Below the pieces are notes generated by a model. That model worked only from the letters and a program-made list of their open reading frames with translations. It was not told the DNA's origin and searched no databases. From positions 2,856 to 66,855 of the IMG/VR virus record IMGVR_UViG_3300042318_000593: 64,000 nucleotides of DNA. One strand, given 5' to 3'. This document shows positions 50,841-60,084 of this stretch, piece by piece (the first letter of the stretch is position 1; each line of letters opens with the position of its first letter). The position numbers and the translations under genes were made by a program. The stretch comes from a virus (lineage: Duplodnaviria; Caudoviricetes).

Positions 50841-51121
50841 AAACATTTGAATTCTTTTTAGACCAAAAGGTTACCACGTGGATGAGAACCGACTTTGAAG
50901 TTAAGGCTAACGACTTAAATGAGGCAGTTAAGATTGCCAAACAAATGTATGAAGACGGAGACCTTGAACAGATTAGTTGGGAAGAGATTATGGATACAAA
51001 GGAAGTATTACAACCAAAGGATAATGGTGGTGAATCTACGGCTGAGATATACAATATGAATCAGTTGGGTGATGTATTAGAAGTTTTCTCTAATAAAGTT
51101 GACCAAGTCAAAAATTTTTAG
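50837..51121 (+). CDS. DpnD/PcfM-like small protein
   Basis: FEVKANDLNEAVKIAKQMY.DG pattern. Confidence 0.5.
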   Translation: MKTFEFFLDQKVTTWMRTDFEVKANDLNEAVKIAKQMYEDGDLEQISWEEIMDTKEVLQPKDNGGESTAEIYNMNQLGDVLEVFSNKVDQVKNF

Positions 51122-51360
51122 TATATTATATAGTGTTTAATAATTAAGTGTTTGGTTAGTTGTACAATGGAGATCTACGGATCTCCATTTTTATTAGATG
51201 TAATACCAGTAATGGGCCTGGTGAGATATTGTTTGGCAAGATCTGTTTAACTTTTTTGATTAAATCTTCCACATATAATAAAAAAATAAATAATTTAAAA
51301 AATTTGTTGGTTTGTATTAAAATATGTATTACCTTTGTACTTCATTAAATCCGTATAATT

Positions 51361-51537
51361 ATGACCACGAAGATAATTTTATCTCCAAGTAAAAAAACGT
51401 ACGATGTTTGGTATTCCAATAACGGCAATACTTTCGTATTACACAAGAGTTTTAAATCAATAGACGAAGCGATTAAAGAGACGACTATAATAAATGGTTC
51501 TTTAAAGTTATTTAAAGACGTATTACAAAATAAATAG
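51361..51537 (+). CDS. small early protein (58 aa, not in ORF track)
   Basis: MTTKIILSPSKKTYDVW...; between TACCTTTG promoter (51330) and terminator. Confidence 0.6.
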   Translation: MTTKIILSPSKKTYDVWYSNNGNTFVLHKSFKSIDEAIKETTIINGSLKLFKDVLQNK

Positions 51538-51563
51538 AGAAGGTGGGTTAGTAAGTTTAGTTA

Positions 51564-51594
51564 GATCCCTCGTAGAAGTACGGGGGATTTTTTT
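51564..51594 (+). terminator. conserved CCCTCGTA-type terminator
   Basis: GATCCCTCGTA-GAAG-TACGGGGGATT-TTTT. Confidence 0.8.
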
Positions 51595-51806
51595 GCGCTG
51601 AAGTAGCTGTGCAAATTTCTAGCGCAGCACAGCACCGATATTGTTTGGCAATTTAAGTTTTATTGATAATCAACGAGTTATGTTTGCCAAACAAATTCCC
51701 CCTGTGCGCCTCTGCTGGATTTTACAGCGCAAATGTTGCCAATCAATATCAGCCAGCTGCGCCTACCAGTTTTTCTGGTAAAATCCTTTAGCAAAAATTT
51801 AACAAA
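51595..51806. repeat. motif-rich spacer with GCGC cluster
   Basis: Motifs at 51641, 51685 (rev), 51737 (rev); five GCGC. Confidence 0.75.
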
Positions 51807-51879
51807 AAATACTTGGATTATTTTTGGTGGTATAAAAATAAAAAGTTTATCTTTGTATCCTAAACTTAAAAATTATATT

Positions 51880-52476
51880 ATGGGAACAAGAAATTTAACA
51901 ATGGTAATCTCCAATGGAGAAACAAAAGTAGCACAATACGGACAATGGGATGGATACCCATCAGGTAATGGTCTTATTGTGTTAGAGTTCTTACAAACAA
52001 CCAATTTGGAAGAATTTAAAAAGAAACTAAACAAAGTTTTCTTTACAAACGGAAACAAAGAAAAAGAAATTCAGAATTGGTTAAAGACTATTGGATGTGA
52101 GAATGGTTGGATGACAGGAGACCAGTCAAAGTTATATCAAGAGAAGTATCCATACCTCACAAGAGATAATGGTGCAAGAATTCTCGAAATGATTAGAGAT
52201 GGTGAAGAAGATGAGATTTGGATTACCGATAGTACAGACTTCGCAGGTGATAGTTTATTCTGTGAGTGGGCTTATCTTGTAGATTTGGATAAGAATGTAT
52301 TAGAAGTTTATGAGGGTTTTAATAAAGAACCACTAACAATAGAGGATAGGTTCTTTAATCTAACTGATAAAGAAAGTGAGTATCACCCAATCAAATTGAT
52401 TAAATCTTATCAGTTAAATAATTTACCATTTGAGGACGAGTTCCTAAATGATTTTAAACAAGAACAAGAAAATTAA
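51880..52476 (+). CDS. conserved hypothetical protein (MGTR...WDGYP family)
   Basis: MGTR, YGQWDGYPSG, CEWAYLVDLD; promoter TTTG-N21-TATCTTTG. Confidence 0.7.
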   Translation: MGTRNLTMVISNGETKVAQYGQWDGYPSGNGLIVLEFLQTTNLEEFKKKLNKVFFTNGNKEKEIQNWLKTIGCENGWMTGDQSKLYQEKYPYLTRDNGARILEMIRDGEEDEIWITDSTDFAGDSLFCEWAYLVDLDKNVLEVYEGFNKEPLTIEDRFFNLTDKESEYHPIKLIKSYQLNNLPFEDEFLNDFKQEQEN

Positions 52477-52481
52477 TTATC

Positions 52482-53147
52482 ATGCCAAACTGGTGTAATA
52501 ACAACATAACAATAAGTGGTGATGAGGGTACAATTCGTACTCTCACCGCCGTTCTTAAGAGTATTAAGACTTCAGATGAAGAACAAAGTAATAATGTCTT
52601 CCAATCCCTTATAGGGTTACCCCAACATATGTCTGAAGGTGATTACAAAGAGAAGTGGTACGATACTAACATTGAATGGTTCGGTACTAAATGGGACATC
52701 TCATATAGTGAGGATATGTTTACATTTACCAAAGATGAAATCAGTTTCTTCTGTGAAACGGCTTGGTCACCACCAATTCCATTCCTACAGAACTTATGTG
52801 AGATGTACAAGGTGAATGCACACCTGTTCTATTCTGAAGGCGGTGTTGGATTCGCAGGTGAAACAACATTTAATTGGACAAAACCTGACTACTCCGCTGG
52901 TGAAGTTGAAGGTGAATTAGAAGTATATGACGACGAATGTGGATACCTCGAGGGAATATACAAATACTCAAGAGAGGAGTTTTGGTCTGAAGTTGAAAGT
53001 AGAGTAGATTGTATATTGGATGAGGAACAAACATTAGAAGACTTCATATCCGAGTTCGACTTCGTATCTGATGAAGACAAGGAAGAATTAACAAGATTAT
53101 ATAACGAAACAATTAAAGAAAATGACGAAGAATCCGAAGGTGAGTAA
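52482..53147 (+). CDS. DUF1281/YubB ferredoxin-like domain protein
   Basis: MPNWCNN, WY..NI.WFGTKWD, ETAWSPP, YSEGGVGFAG. Confidence 0.75.
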   Translation: MPNWCNNNITISGDEGTIRTLTAVLKSIKTSDEEQSNNVFQSLIGLPQHMSEGDYKEKWYDTNIEWFGTKWDISYSEDMFTFTKDEISFFCETAWSPPIPFLQNLCEMYKVNAHLFYSEGGVGFAGETTFNWTKPDYSAGEVEGELEVYDDECGYLEGIYKYSREEFWSEVESRVDCILDEEQTLEDFISEFDFVSDEDKEELTRLYNETIKENDEESEGE

Positions 53148-53343
53148 GACCACCTATCCCGAAAAACAACTGACTCAACAAGAGTGGTTCGAACAATTTG
53201 GTGTGGCAAGTGCGTACACCAAACCAACTCCATACTATGGAGGCAATGAGTTCAACACCCGAGTCTTTCTCGGAGGAATGACCAGGCCGAATTGGTTTGG
53301 CAAAATTATTAACATATTAAATCCATTATCATGGGCAAATTAA
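53122..53343 (+). CDS. hypothetical protein
   Basis: 73 aa overlapping both neighbours. Confidence 0.5.
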   Translation: MTKNPKVSKTTYPEKQLTQQEWFEQFGVASAYTKPTPYYGGNEFNTRVFLGGMTRPNWFGKIINILNPLSWAN

Positions 53344-53822
53344 ACAACGGAGTTTTCCTTAAGGTCACGGGGAACCAAGAACAAAGACCGCAGTGGGAAC
53401 AATTTATAACTGATGATCACGGAACAGATCTCCATCCGGAAATTGGTTTGGCAAGATTTGTAGAGGTTTATAAAGACCGAATAACTTCGGTGAAGACAAA
53501 CATACAAGAATTAGCCGACTTAGAGGTGATCATACTTCAGATCCGAGCACTGTCAAATTTGGTTGGCAATGTGAAACTATATACCGTTAAGGACAAGTAT
53601 ATCTATGCCAGAACAAATTTCTACAGAAGCGATAACGAGATCAATGAACTTCGTATTCTAATAGACCCAATAGACCTCTACTTCCCGAACGGCACAGTGG
53701 ATCCTCAGATATTGTTTGGCAATGAGGACTTTATGAAGAAGGTGTATTACAAGTTAAGGACATGTATGTTAGAAACTATCATAGAGAATGTGGATAACTT
53801 TACTAAAATATATTCTAACTAA
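53331..53822 (+). CDS. hypothetical protein
   Basis: 163 aa; carries embedded TTGGCA motifs and a DnaA box. Confidence 0.6.
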   Translation: MGKLNNGVFLKVTGNQEQRPQWEQFITDDHGTDLHPEIGLARFVEVYKDRITSVKTNIQELADLEVIILQIRALSNLVGNVKLYTVKDKYIYARTNFYRSDNEINELRILIDPIDLYFPNGTVDPQILFGNEDFMKKVYYKLRTCMLETIIENVDNFTKIYSN

Positions 53823-53880
53823 ATTTGGTATATACGAATAAACGATTTAACTTTATCCCCATAAACTAAACTAAATTAAA

Positions 53881-54504
53881 ATGAATCAAATTACTCTCTC
53901 CGAAAATGTAATGGTGTCTGACCCTTGTTATACACCCGACACTTGGTGTCAAACCAAATTAAATAATGTATTACCCGGTAAGTACAATGTCGAGGTAGAT
54001 AAACACGACGAAGGAACAGGTTGGGGTGTACGAGTGTCAAGTATTACAGTAATCCACGAGGATTATACTGATACTGATGATTGGGAACAACACAGTGAAT
54101 GTGGTGTTGACTCAGGTCAGTGTGGAATCTTTTGTATGACAAGTTACCGTAATGATGAAATGTCTGTAGGTATTACAACACCCACACTTGATAACCCATT
54201 TGTATTACCTTACAATGATAAGGGAGGTGATATGTGGTATGAGAAGATGTGTCACTTCACACTACATAAAGATCAGTGGGGTTTGTATGACACAGGTGTG
54301 GTATCCTCATCAGGTATCGGGGATGGTCAATATCCTTTGGATGTAATGATGGATGGAGATAAGATTGTCGGGATGAGGATTACATATCTTGGGAACTCCG
54401 ACGAGGACCTCTTAGATGAGGGTGATTGTTGTGGGGTATGTGGAGGTGAGTTAGAATCCGACGGGGAATGTGTTTATTGTTGTGACGAATCAAAAGATAA
54501 ATAA
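53881..54504 (+). CDS. DUF4241-like protein
   Basis: VSDPCY, PGKY, GVDSGQCGI, SSGIGDGQY; C-terminal CxxC..CxxC. Confidence 0.7.
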   Translation: MNQITLSENVMVSDPCYTPDTWCQTKLNNVLPGKYNVEVDKHDEGTGWGVRVSSITVIHEDYTDTDDWEQHSECGVDSGQCGIFCMTSYRNDEMSVGITTPTLDNPFVLPYNDKGGDMWYEKMCHFTLHKDQWGLYDTGVVSSSGIGDGQYPLDVMMDGDKIVGMRITYLGNSDEDLLDEGDCCGVCGGELESDGECVYCCDESKDK

Positions 54505-54505
54505 T

Positions 54506-54832
54506 ATGAACTACAATTCAAGGGAAGAAGTAAAGAACTTAAGAATCAAGTTCTGTAATGAGATAGAGAATCTATTTCAAGTTGGTCAGACCATAGAGTT
54601 TACCAACCCGTTCACAGTGTATGTAACGGAGGAGAATGAATTTGATTCCTCAATGATTAAGGTACCATACATAGTTAAGACAATGTCTGATGGGCAGTAC
54701 TTTACAGGTACCACACCATATGGGGATGAGTTCGATGACCTATCCACCTACGACTTGGAAGATATAGTAGAGGTGGCATATATCTTGGATACTATTGGTG
54801 ATAAACAATATAAACTATTAGAAAATGAATGA
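54506..54832 (+). CDS. hypothetical protein
   Basis: Start at MNYNSR. Confidence 0.6.
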   Translation: MNYNSREEVKNLRIKFCNEIENLFQVGQTIEFTNPFTVYVTEENEFDSSMIKVPYIVKTMSDGQYFTGTTPYGDEFDDLSTYDLEDIVEVAYILDTIGDKQYKLLENE

Positions 54833-55007
54833 TCAATTAGTTAAACTATGGATTAAGGATCAGATATCCAAGATCCAACGAAAGATGGATTCGGGTTATA
54901 TACTGACTTGGGTAGGTAGAGCTAAGATAGAAGTCCTACAAGATTTCTATGACACCTTCAACTTAGATAATGTTAACATCGAAATTAAATACCATGACAA
55001 AGTTTAA
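54825..55007 (+). CDS. hypothetical protein
   Basis: 60 aa coupled ORF. Confidence 0.55.
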   Translation: MNDQLVKLWIKDQISKIQRKMDSGYILTWVGRAKIEVLQDFYDTFNLDNVNIEIKYHDKV

Positions 55008-55125
55008 ATTCTTTTGGGACCAACACATCCTATATTACCTCATGAGTACTGAGGAACACTTCAACTACATGGCCGGTAAATGGGGTGATAGGTGGTACGA
55101 TCATATGGATGAGAAGTTCGGGTGA
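54994..55125 (+). CDS. small protein with N-terminal FKFF motif (43 aa, not in ORF track)
   Basis: MTKFKFFWDQHILYYLMS... Confidence 0.4.
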   Translation: MTKFKFFWDQHILYYLMSTEEHFNYMAGKWGDRWYDHMDEKFG

Positions 55126-55244
55126 TCGGGACAGTGGATCTGTGGGATGTTGTTTGGCAACTACTATTTTGACAAATTCAAAAAAAAGTTGCCTTAAATT
55201 TTTTATTACCATTTTTTGTTGTTATATTTTATTATAAACAATTA

Positions 55245-55454
55245 ATGATTATGAAAAAAACAACAACAAGCAAGATGAAAAAATCTGCTACAGCTCGTCG
55301 CACCAAGACAACTTATGTACCTGTATCTAACAATGTTTACTTCGACGGTAGTTCATACCGTGTAAGAGCATCTGTTAACGGTTCTAAGATCTCTAAGAAC
55401 TTCTCAAACAAGAGAACAGCAATTACATTCCGCAACCAATTATTGGCAGCGTAA
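55245..55454 (+). CDS. small basic AP2-like DNA-binding protein
   Basis: NVYFDGSSYRVRASVNG..ISKNF...AI.FRN; K/T/R-rich N-terminal tail. Confidence 0.6.
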   Translation: MIMKKTTTSKMKKSATARRTKTTYVPVSNNVYFDGSSYRVRASVNGSKISKNFSNKRTAITFRNQLLAA

Positions 55455-55617
55455 TCGTATTATAGACGAACAATAATGGACCCTCCACTTATTGTGGGGG
55501 GTTTATTGTTTAAAGACGATACCTGATCAGGATCTGATCGATCCGATATTGTCTGGCAAAACAAACAGGATCTACAACAGCAGCACTGTCAATGTTGTTT
55601 GGCAATATTTATATAAC

Positions 55618-56538
55618 ATGAGACTAAGTAAATTAAAAGGATTAACAGAGGATGACCAACCAGTGGATGGTGATATGAGGGGAATAGATAAGTTGAAGTA
55701 TGCCAGTGATAAGTTTGTTCAGACCATTCATAAGTATAGGAAACAAAATCTGTTCTGGAAGAAGATCAGTATACCTGAAGGTGAGATTCATAGTACTATA
55801 AGATTGGAGGAGGTTCCTTTCTCTGTAACCAGTTATAAAGATAAATTCCTCGGGAACATTACATGTTCTATTGACTTCAAACCAAACATGGATCCAAAAC
55901 CTGTTATCCCGTTGAACCTACTTCAGGTGGCAGCAACAGACTTCATTGATAGTATGTTAGAGATTAATCCTGATCTAAAGGATAAACCATCCATATACCC
56001 TACAGATATATTGGACATGTATCACTTTAGTTTCAGTAACGTGAATATCTATCCAGCCCAAGGTGTATTACACCTAAGGGACTACATGGATACCCCAACG
56101 TATAACTTAAGATTACTATCCCCAAATGGGTTTGGTGGTATTATGTTCTCAAGATCATTTCTATTAAATGTATATAAATTAAATCCAGGGGATGTTCCAA
56201 CCTTCGACGACGAATATTCTTTGGCAATGGCTAAGTTGGTAAAGAAAGCCAAATCAGTTTATAACGGACTGAAGAAGGGAACTTGGAAAGGTCATACATA
56301 TGAACTATCCGCCCCACTTGATTGGACCAAAGCCTTTATAGTACATCAAGATAGGTTTGACTACAATAGAACCGATAAGGTATTACGTCCTAACTTCGAG
56401 ATCAGATGTAATGTTGGTTGGGAGATTGTTGATGGTATAAAGAACACCCCTGAAGATTCACCTCTATCCAAAGAGGAACAACAAGAATTCCGTGAATATC
56501 TAAAGAACCGTTTCAAGAACTTCAACATCGGTTATTAA
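55618..56538 (+). CDS. putative head-internal protein with C-terminal KKAKxxYKAL-family domain
   Basis: TATTTATA at 55606; leader MRLSKLKGLTE; KKAKSVYNGLKKG...YEL...RFKNFNI. Confidence 0.6.
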   Translation: MRLSKLKGLTEDDQPVDGDMRGIDKLKYASDKFVQTIHKYRKQNLFWKKISIPEGEIHSTIRLEEVPFSVTSYKDKFLGNITCSIDFKPNMDPKPVIPLNLLQVAATDFIDSMLEINPDLKDKPSIYPTDILDMYHFSFSNVNIYPAQGVLHLRDYMDTPTYNLRLLSPNGFGGIMFSRSFLLNVYKLNPGDVPTFDDEYSLAMAKLVKKAKSVYNGLKKGTWKGHTYELSAPLDWTKAFIVHQDRFDYNRTDKVLRPNFEIRCNVGWEIVDGIKNTPEDSPLSKEEQQEFREYLKNRFKNFNIGY

Positions 56539-56539
56539 T

Positions 56540-57360
56540 TCGTATTACATAACAAGCTTACTTACGGGGACCCATAGGGTCCCCTTCAGGTTTTAGGGAT
56601 GTCCGTACTTGAACCATTTGTATGACGGACAATAGTGTTTGGCCTAATGAATTCTATGAATATTGTTTGGCATTATTTTGTTTAAGTATTACACTTAAAT
56701 GGTTAAACACAGATTCCCCCGATATTGTCTGGCAAGATCGACTGTATTACGGGTGTGGGTAAAATGTGGATAACTATCTCCCTCCCTTCGGTCGGTCGTC
56801 AGGGTGTATGACAAGGGTCCATAATGTGGATAACTTGTGAACCTATAACGTACTTTATGTTAAATGGAATGGAACGTATTACGGGACAGTGTATTACGTA
56901 TGAACGGGTTTATATATATGTAAATAAAACGGACACTATGACAGACCTGAAGGGGTCCGAAGGACCCCGTATTACAGTTATATATTCAAATTTTTTAGGA
57001 TATGGGTCTCTATTCGGTCAAGGGTCAATCCCCACATACTACCACTTTTCCCCACTTTCTCCCCAAAATGACGCTGGTATACCTACAATCAATAAATATT
57101 AGTAAAAGTGGGATTATCAGACCAATTTATATTCTACGATAAAAATATGTAAATAAAACCCCTCTAACAGGGTCAGTATCGGGGATAAAATGGGGGTAAT
57201 TTTCAGGGGTCTAAAGGTGGGATTTTTGTACCAATATAGAGCAATTACGTCCTCCCTACGGTCGGACTTCGGGGGGTAAACAGGATGTTCCCGACACGGA
57301 TGTCGGAGACATAGTGGGATAAAACAGGTCCAAAGTCGGAACTAAAACGTGGACAATCTC
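56540..57360. other. GC-rich non-coding region closing the early block
   Basis: Hairpins GGGGACCC-ATA-GGGTCCCC and GGGGTCC-GAA-GGACCCC; DnaA boxes at 56765 and 56825; GTATTAC words; G-runs. Confidence 0.6.
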
Positions 57361-57398
57361 GGAAGTTTATCCTATCTTTGTCTCCTTAAAATATACCT

Positions 57399-57533
57399 AT
57401 GGAAAACAATATCAACTTAGACGAACTATTATTAATCGGTGATTATTCAATATGTCAATATTCAGGATTACCTTCTGTGAGTTCTTATGTAATGGAAGAA
57501 GAGAATGAGGACTTCTATACGGGACATTCTTAA
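57399..57533 (+). CDS. small acidic protein (44 aa, not in ORF track)
   Basis: MENNINLDELL...CQYSGLPSV; TATCTTTG promoter at 57373. Confidence 0.5.
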   Translation: MENNINLDELLLIGDYSICQYSGLPSVSSYVMEEENEDFYTGHS

Positions 57534-57537
57534 AGTC

Positions 57538-57846
57538 CTATAACCAACCATGAATAATCATGGACAACTTATACCCTGTGAAGGCTCCGAGTGCTGAAGG
57601 GATAGGGAACACAATCATCTTACCAAGATCGGTCACGTAACGAGGTCTATTCTGAATTCTACCTAACATGTAGTAATAACAAAGATATCCAACAAGGACC
57701 ATTATGTCCGTATTAGTGGAAACGAATACAATGATGGTTGCACCCAAGAATCCAAAGATGAAGTTATCTCTAACTCCTTCCCATACCTCTTTAGGACCAC
57801 ACTCCTTCCATTCCTTAACCATCTTCTGAAATTGTTTCCTTGCCAT
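57538..57846 (-). CDS. small integral membrane protein
   Basis: About three hydrophobic segments. Confidence 0.65.
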   Translation of the reverse strand: MARKQFQKMVKEWKECGPKEVWEGVRDNFIFGFLGATIIVFVSTNTDIMVLVGYLCYYYMLGRIQNRPRYVTDLGKMIVFPIPSALGAFTGYKLSMIIHGWL

Positions 57847-57856
57847 ATATTAGTGA

Positions 57857-59245
57857 CTATATAGTGGGATTCTTTTCTCCGTTCACATACCATTTATTAG
57901 TTCTCTTATTCATACACTGAGTTTTATGTTCTGCCCATCTACAGTTCTCAGGTTCATAGTTACCATCCACATCAATTCTATCATTAGTATCTTCCCATGT
58001 AGGTGGATACCCCATGTCTTCAATGAAGTTTTCACATGATTCTCTCCATCTTTCACATACTGTTATTCCTCTACCCCCATAATGATGATAACTTACATCT
58101 CTTTGATTATAACATCTACTTAACATATTCCTCCACCTATTGTACATTCGTCGTGTATTTTCATCCTTACATAACCCATGACTATCAAAATGACTCTTAC
58201 ACCCACATGACTTTATAGTGTTTAATAACAAATCTTTATATTTGTATAAATTAACACTACCACATTCACATACACATTCTACCATCCTTTGTTTATATGT
58301 TACCCCATCATGTGTATAGTATTCAACCTCATCAACTTCTTTAAGAATTTCAAGACTATGATACCTTTCAATTATCATCTCTTTACTATTTAATCTATCC
58401 ATAGTTGTTTTGGATAGTAAACATCCACAATGGGTTGGTTGTGAGTTGGTTATAAATCTACGTAATGTCATTTCTTCTATATAACCACAAGAGTCACATT
58501 TAACCATTACATATCTTATACTACCTAACATTCCACCATCTTCTTTGTATTTTGTCACCTTATCAGTTTCTTTTAATAATGTCATATACCCTCTCTTTGT
58601 ACCAATTTCCACATTCATAGCATTTGATTCACTTGATACCTGTCTCATATAACATCCACACGATGTTGTCCTTCCACCTATGACGTCTCCTATTCTTAAT
58701 GGTTTAATCACACCACAATCACATTTAAATTCCATAATTCTAATCATAGACCCACCAGGATTTCTTATACCAGGTAATTCTTTTATGACAGTTAACTTAC
58801 CATATCTCTTCCCTGTGTAATCTACATTACTTTTCCTATTACCATTTAATTTGGAACATCCACAGGATTTTGTATTTTCACTGACAATAGCCCTTAATTG
58901 AACATCAAATTCTTCACTACCACAATCACACTTAACCTTAACAAACCTTTGACTTGTTCCACCTTTTGAACGTCTCTTTGGTGCCTCACCTGTAATGGTT
59001 AACATATTATATTTTGTTCCCACCGCATCTACATTTAAATCACCTTTACCTGATAAACACCCACAACTCTTTACCTCACCTCTTAATACAAGTGCCAAAT
59101 TCTTATCCCTTATGTTACCACAATCACACTTAATCTTAACCATTCTTGATAATGTACCATTATCGTACCTCTTTGGTTCAGTTTCTTCTATTATGGTTAC
59201 CATGTGGAATTTTGTTCCCGGTGTTGCCTTTAATTTATTTCCCAT
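57857..59245 (-). CDS. HNH-family homing endonuclease with five CxCG/SCGC repeats
   Basis: Repeated VKCDCG...SCGC; YGGRGITVCERW...DRIDVDGNYEPENCRWA. Confidence 0.85.
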   Translation of the reverse strand: MGNKLKATPGTKFHMVTIIEETEPKRYDNGTLSRMVKIKCDCGNIRDKNLALVLRGEVKSCGCLSGKGDLNVDAVGTKYNMLTITGEAPKRRSKGGTSQRFVKVKCDCGSEEFDVQLRAIVSENTKSCGCSKLNGNRKSNVDYTGKRYGKLTVIKELPGIRNPGGSMIRIMEFKCDCGVIKPLRIGDVIGGRTTSCGCYMRQVSSESNAMNVEIGTKRGYMTLLKETDKVTKYKEDGGMLGSIRYVMVKCDSCGYIEEMTLRRFITNSQPTHCGCLLSKTTMDRLNSKEMIIERYHSLEILKEVDEVEYYTHDGVTYKQRMVECVCECGSVNLYKYKDLLLNTIKSCGCKSHFDSHGLCKDENTRRMYNRWRNMLSRCYNQRDVSYHHYGGRGITVCERWRESCENFIEDMGYPPTWEDTNDRIDVDGNYEPENCRWAEHKTQCMNKRTNKWYVNGEKNPTI

Positions 59246-59309
59246 ACTGATTAATATAACAAATATTAGATAGATTTTAAACTAATTCCCCGTAAACTTA
59301 TCCACATTT

Positions 59310-59423
59310 ATAATACCACTAACCGACTGAGGAACTCCAGTCGCTTTAGAGATTATATAATATTGGATCTACCTATAGTGATTCTCCGACGCCGGAAGTC
59401 CCATTCACGGTGGTTGGGGTCAT
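59310..59423. repeat. structured dispersed repeat / candidate ncRNA, copy 1
   Basis: Two conserved blocks shared with 62243-62455. Confidence 0.7.
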
Positions 59424-59454
59424 TTATGTGGGATACAAATACTTATATACTATT

Positions 59455-60084
59455 ATGGGAACATTATATCATTTCGGGGACAGTTATGGTGGGGTAGGTG
59501 ATCACGATAAACACTTCGTTAAACATATATCTGAGAGAATGAATTACGATTACTGTAATCAGGTTCAATCTGGATCGGCCAATGAAGAAATACTTACCAG
59601 ACTATTATCCTGTATAATGGATATTAAAGAGGGCGACATGTTGTTCTTTAACTTCTCATTCTTTATTAGAGGTTGCTACTATAATAGGAAAATGAATAAG
59701 ATCATGTCAACCAATTCAATATACAATGATTCCTATTCATACTATGAAATAAACAGACCAATTGAAACGAAAGACGATTACATCATAGACATCATTAACT
59801 ACCAATTGGATAATAATGAAGATTACAATAGGAGACTCTTTTTTCAATTTGACGCTATCTTTAAACAATTACGTCATAGGAATATCCCTATATACTATAT
59901 CTTTATTGTTGAGAATGAATGGTCTAATACCTTATTGAACTATGGGAATAAGATTACCTTTCCTTCTCATTTCTCTAAATGGTTGGATGATAATGGATAT
60001 CATAACCAAGAGGAGTGTCATTATACCCGTGGAATTCAGGAGAATATATGTGATTATGTTATGAAACAGTTAATCCTTAAATAA
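59455..60084 (+). CDS. SGNH-hydrolase-like protein
   Basis: HFGDSY, GSAN, ECHY; start MGTLY. Confidence 0.55.
   Translation: MGTLYHFGDSYGGVGDHDKHFVKHISERMNYDYCNQVQSGSANEEILTRLLSCIMDIKEGDMLFFNFSFFIRGCYYNRKMNKIMSTNSIYNDSYSYYEINRPIETKDDYIIDIINYQLDNNEDYNRRLFFQFDAIFKQLRHRNIPIYYIFIVENEWSNTLLNYGNKITFPSHFSKWLDDNGYHNQEECHYTRGIQENICDYVMKQLILK

Noticed and set aside
59325-59352. Hammerhead ribozyme (CTGAGGA...GAAA) in the two-copy element
   Set aside because: No stem II can form, and copy 1 has GAGA instead of GAAA
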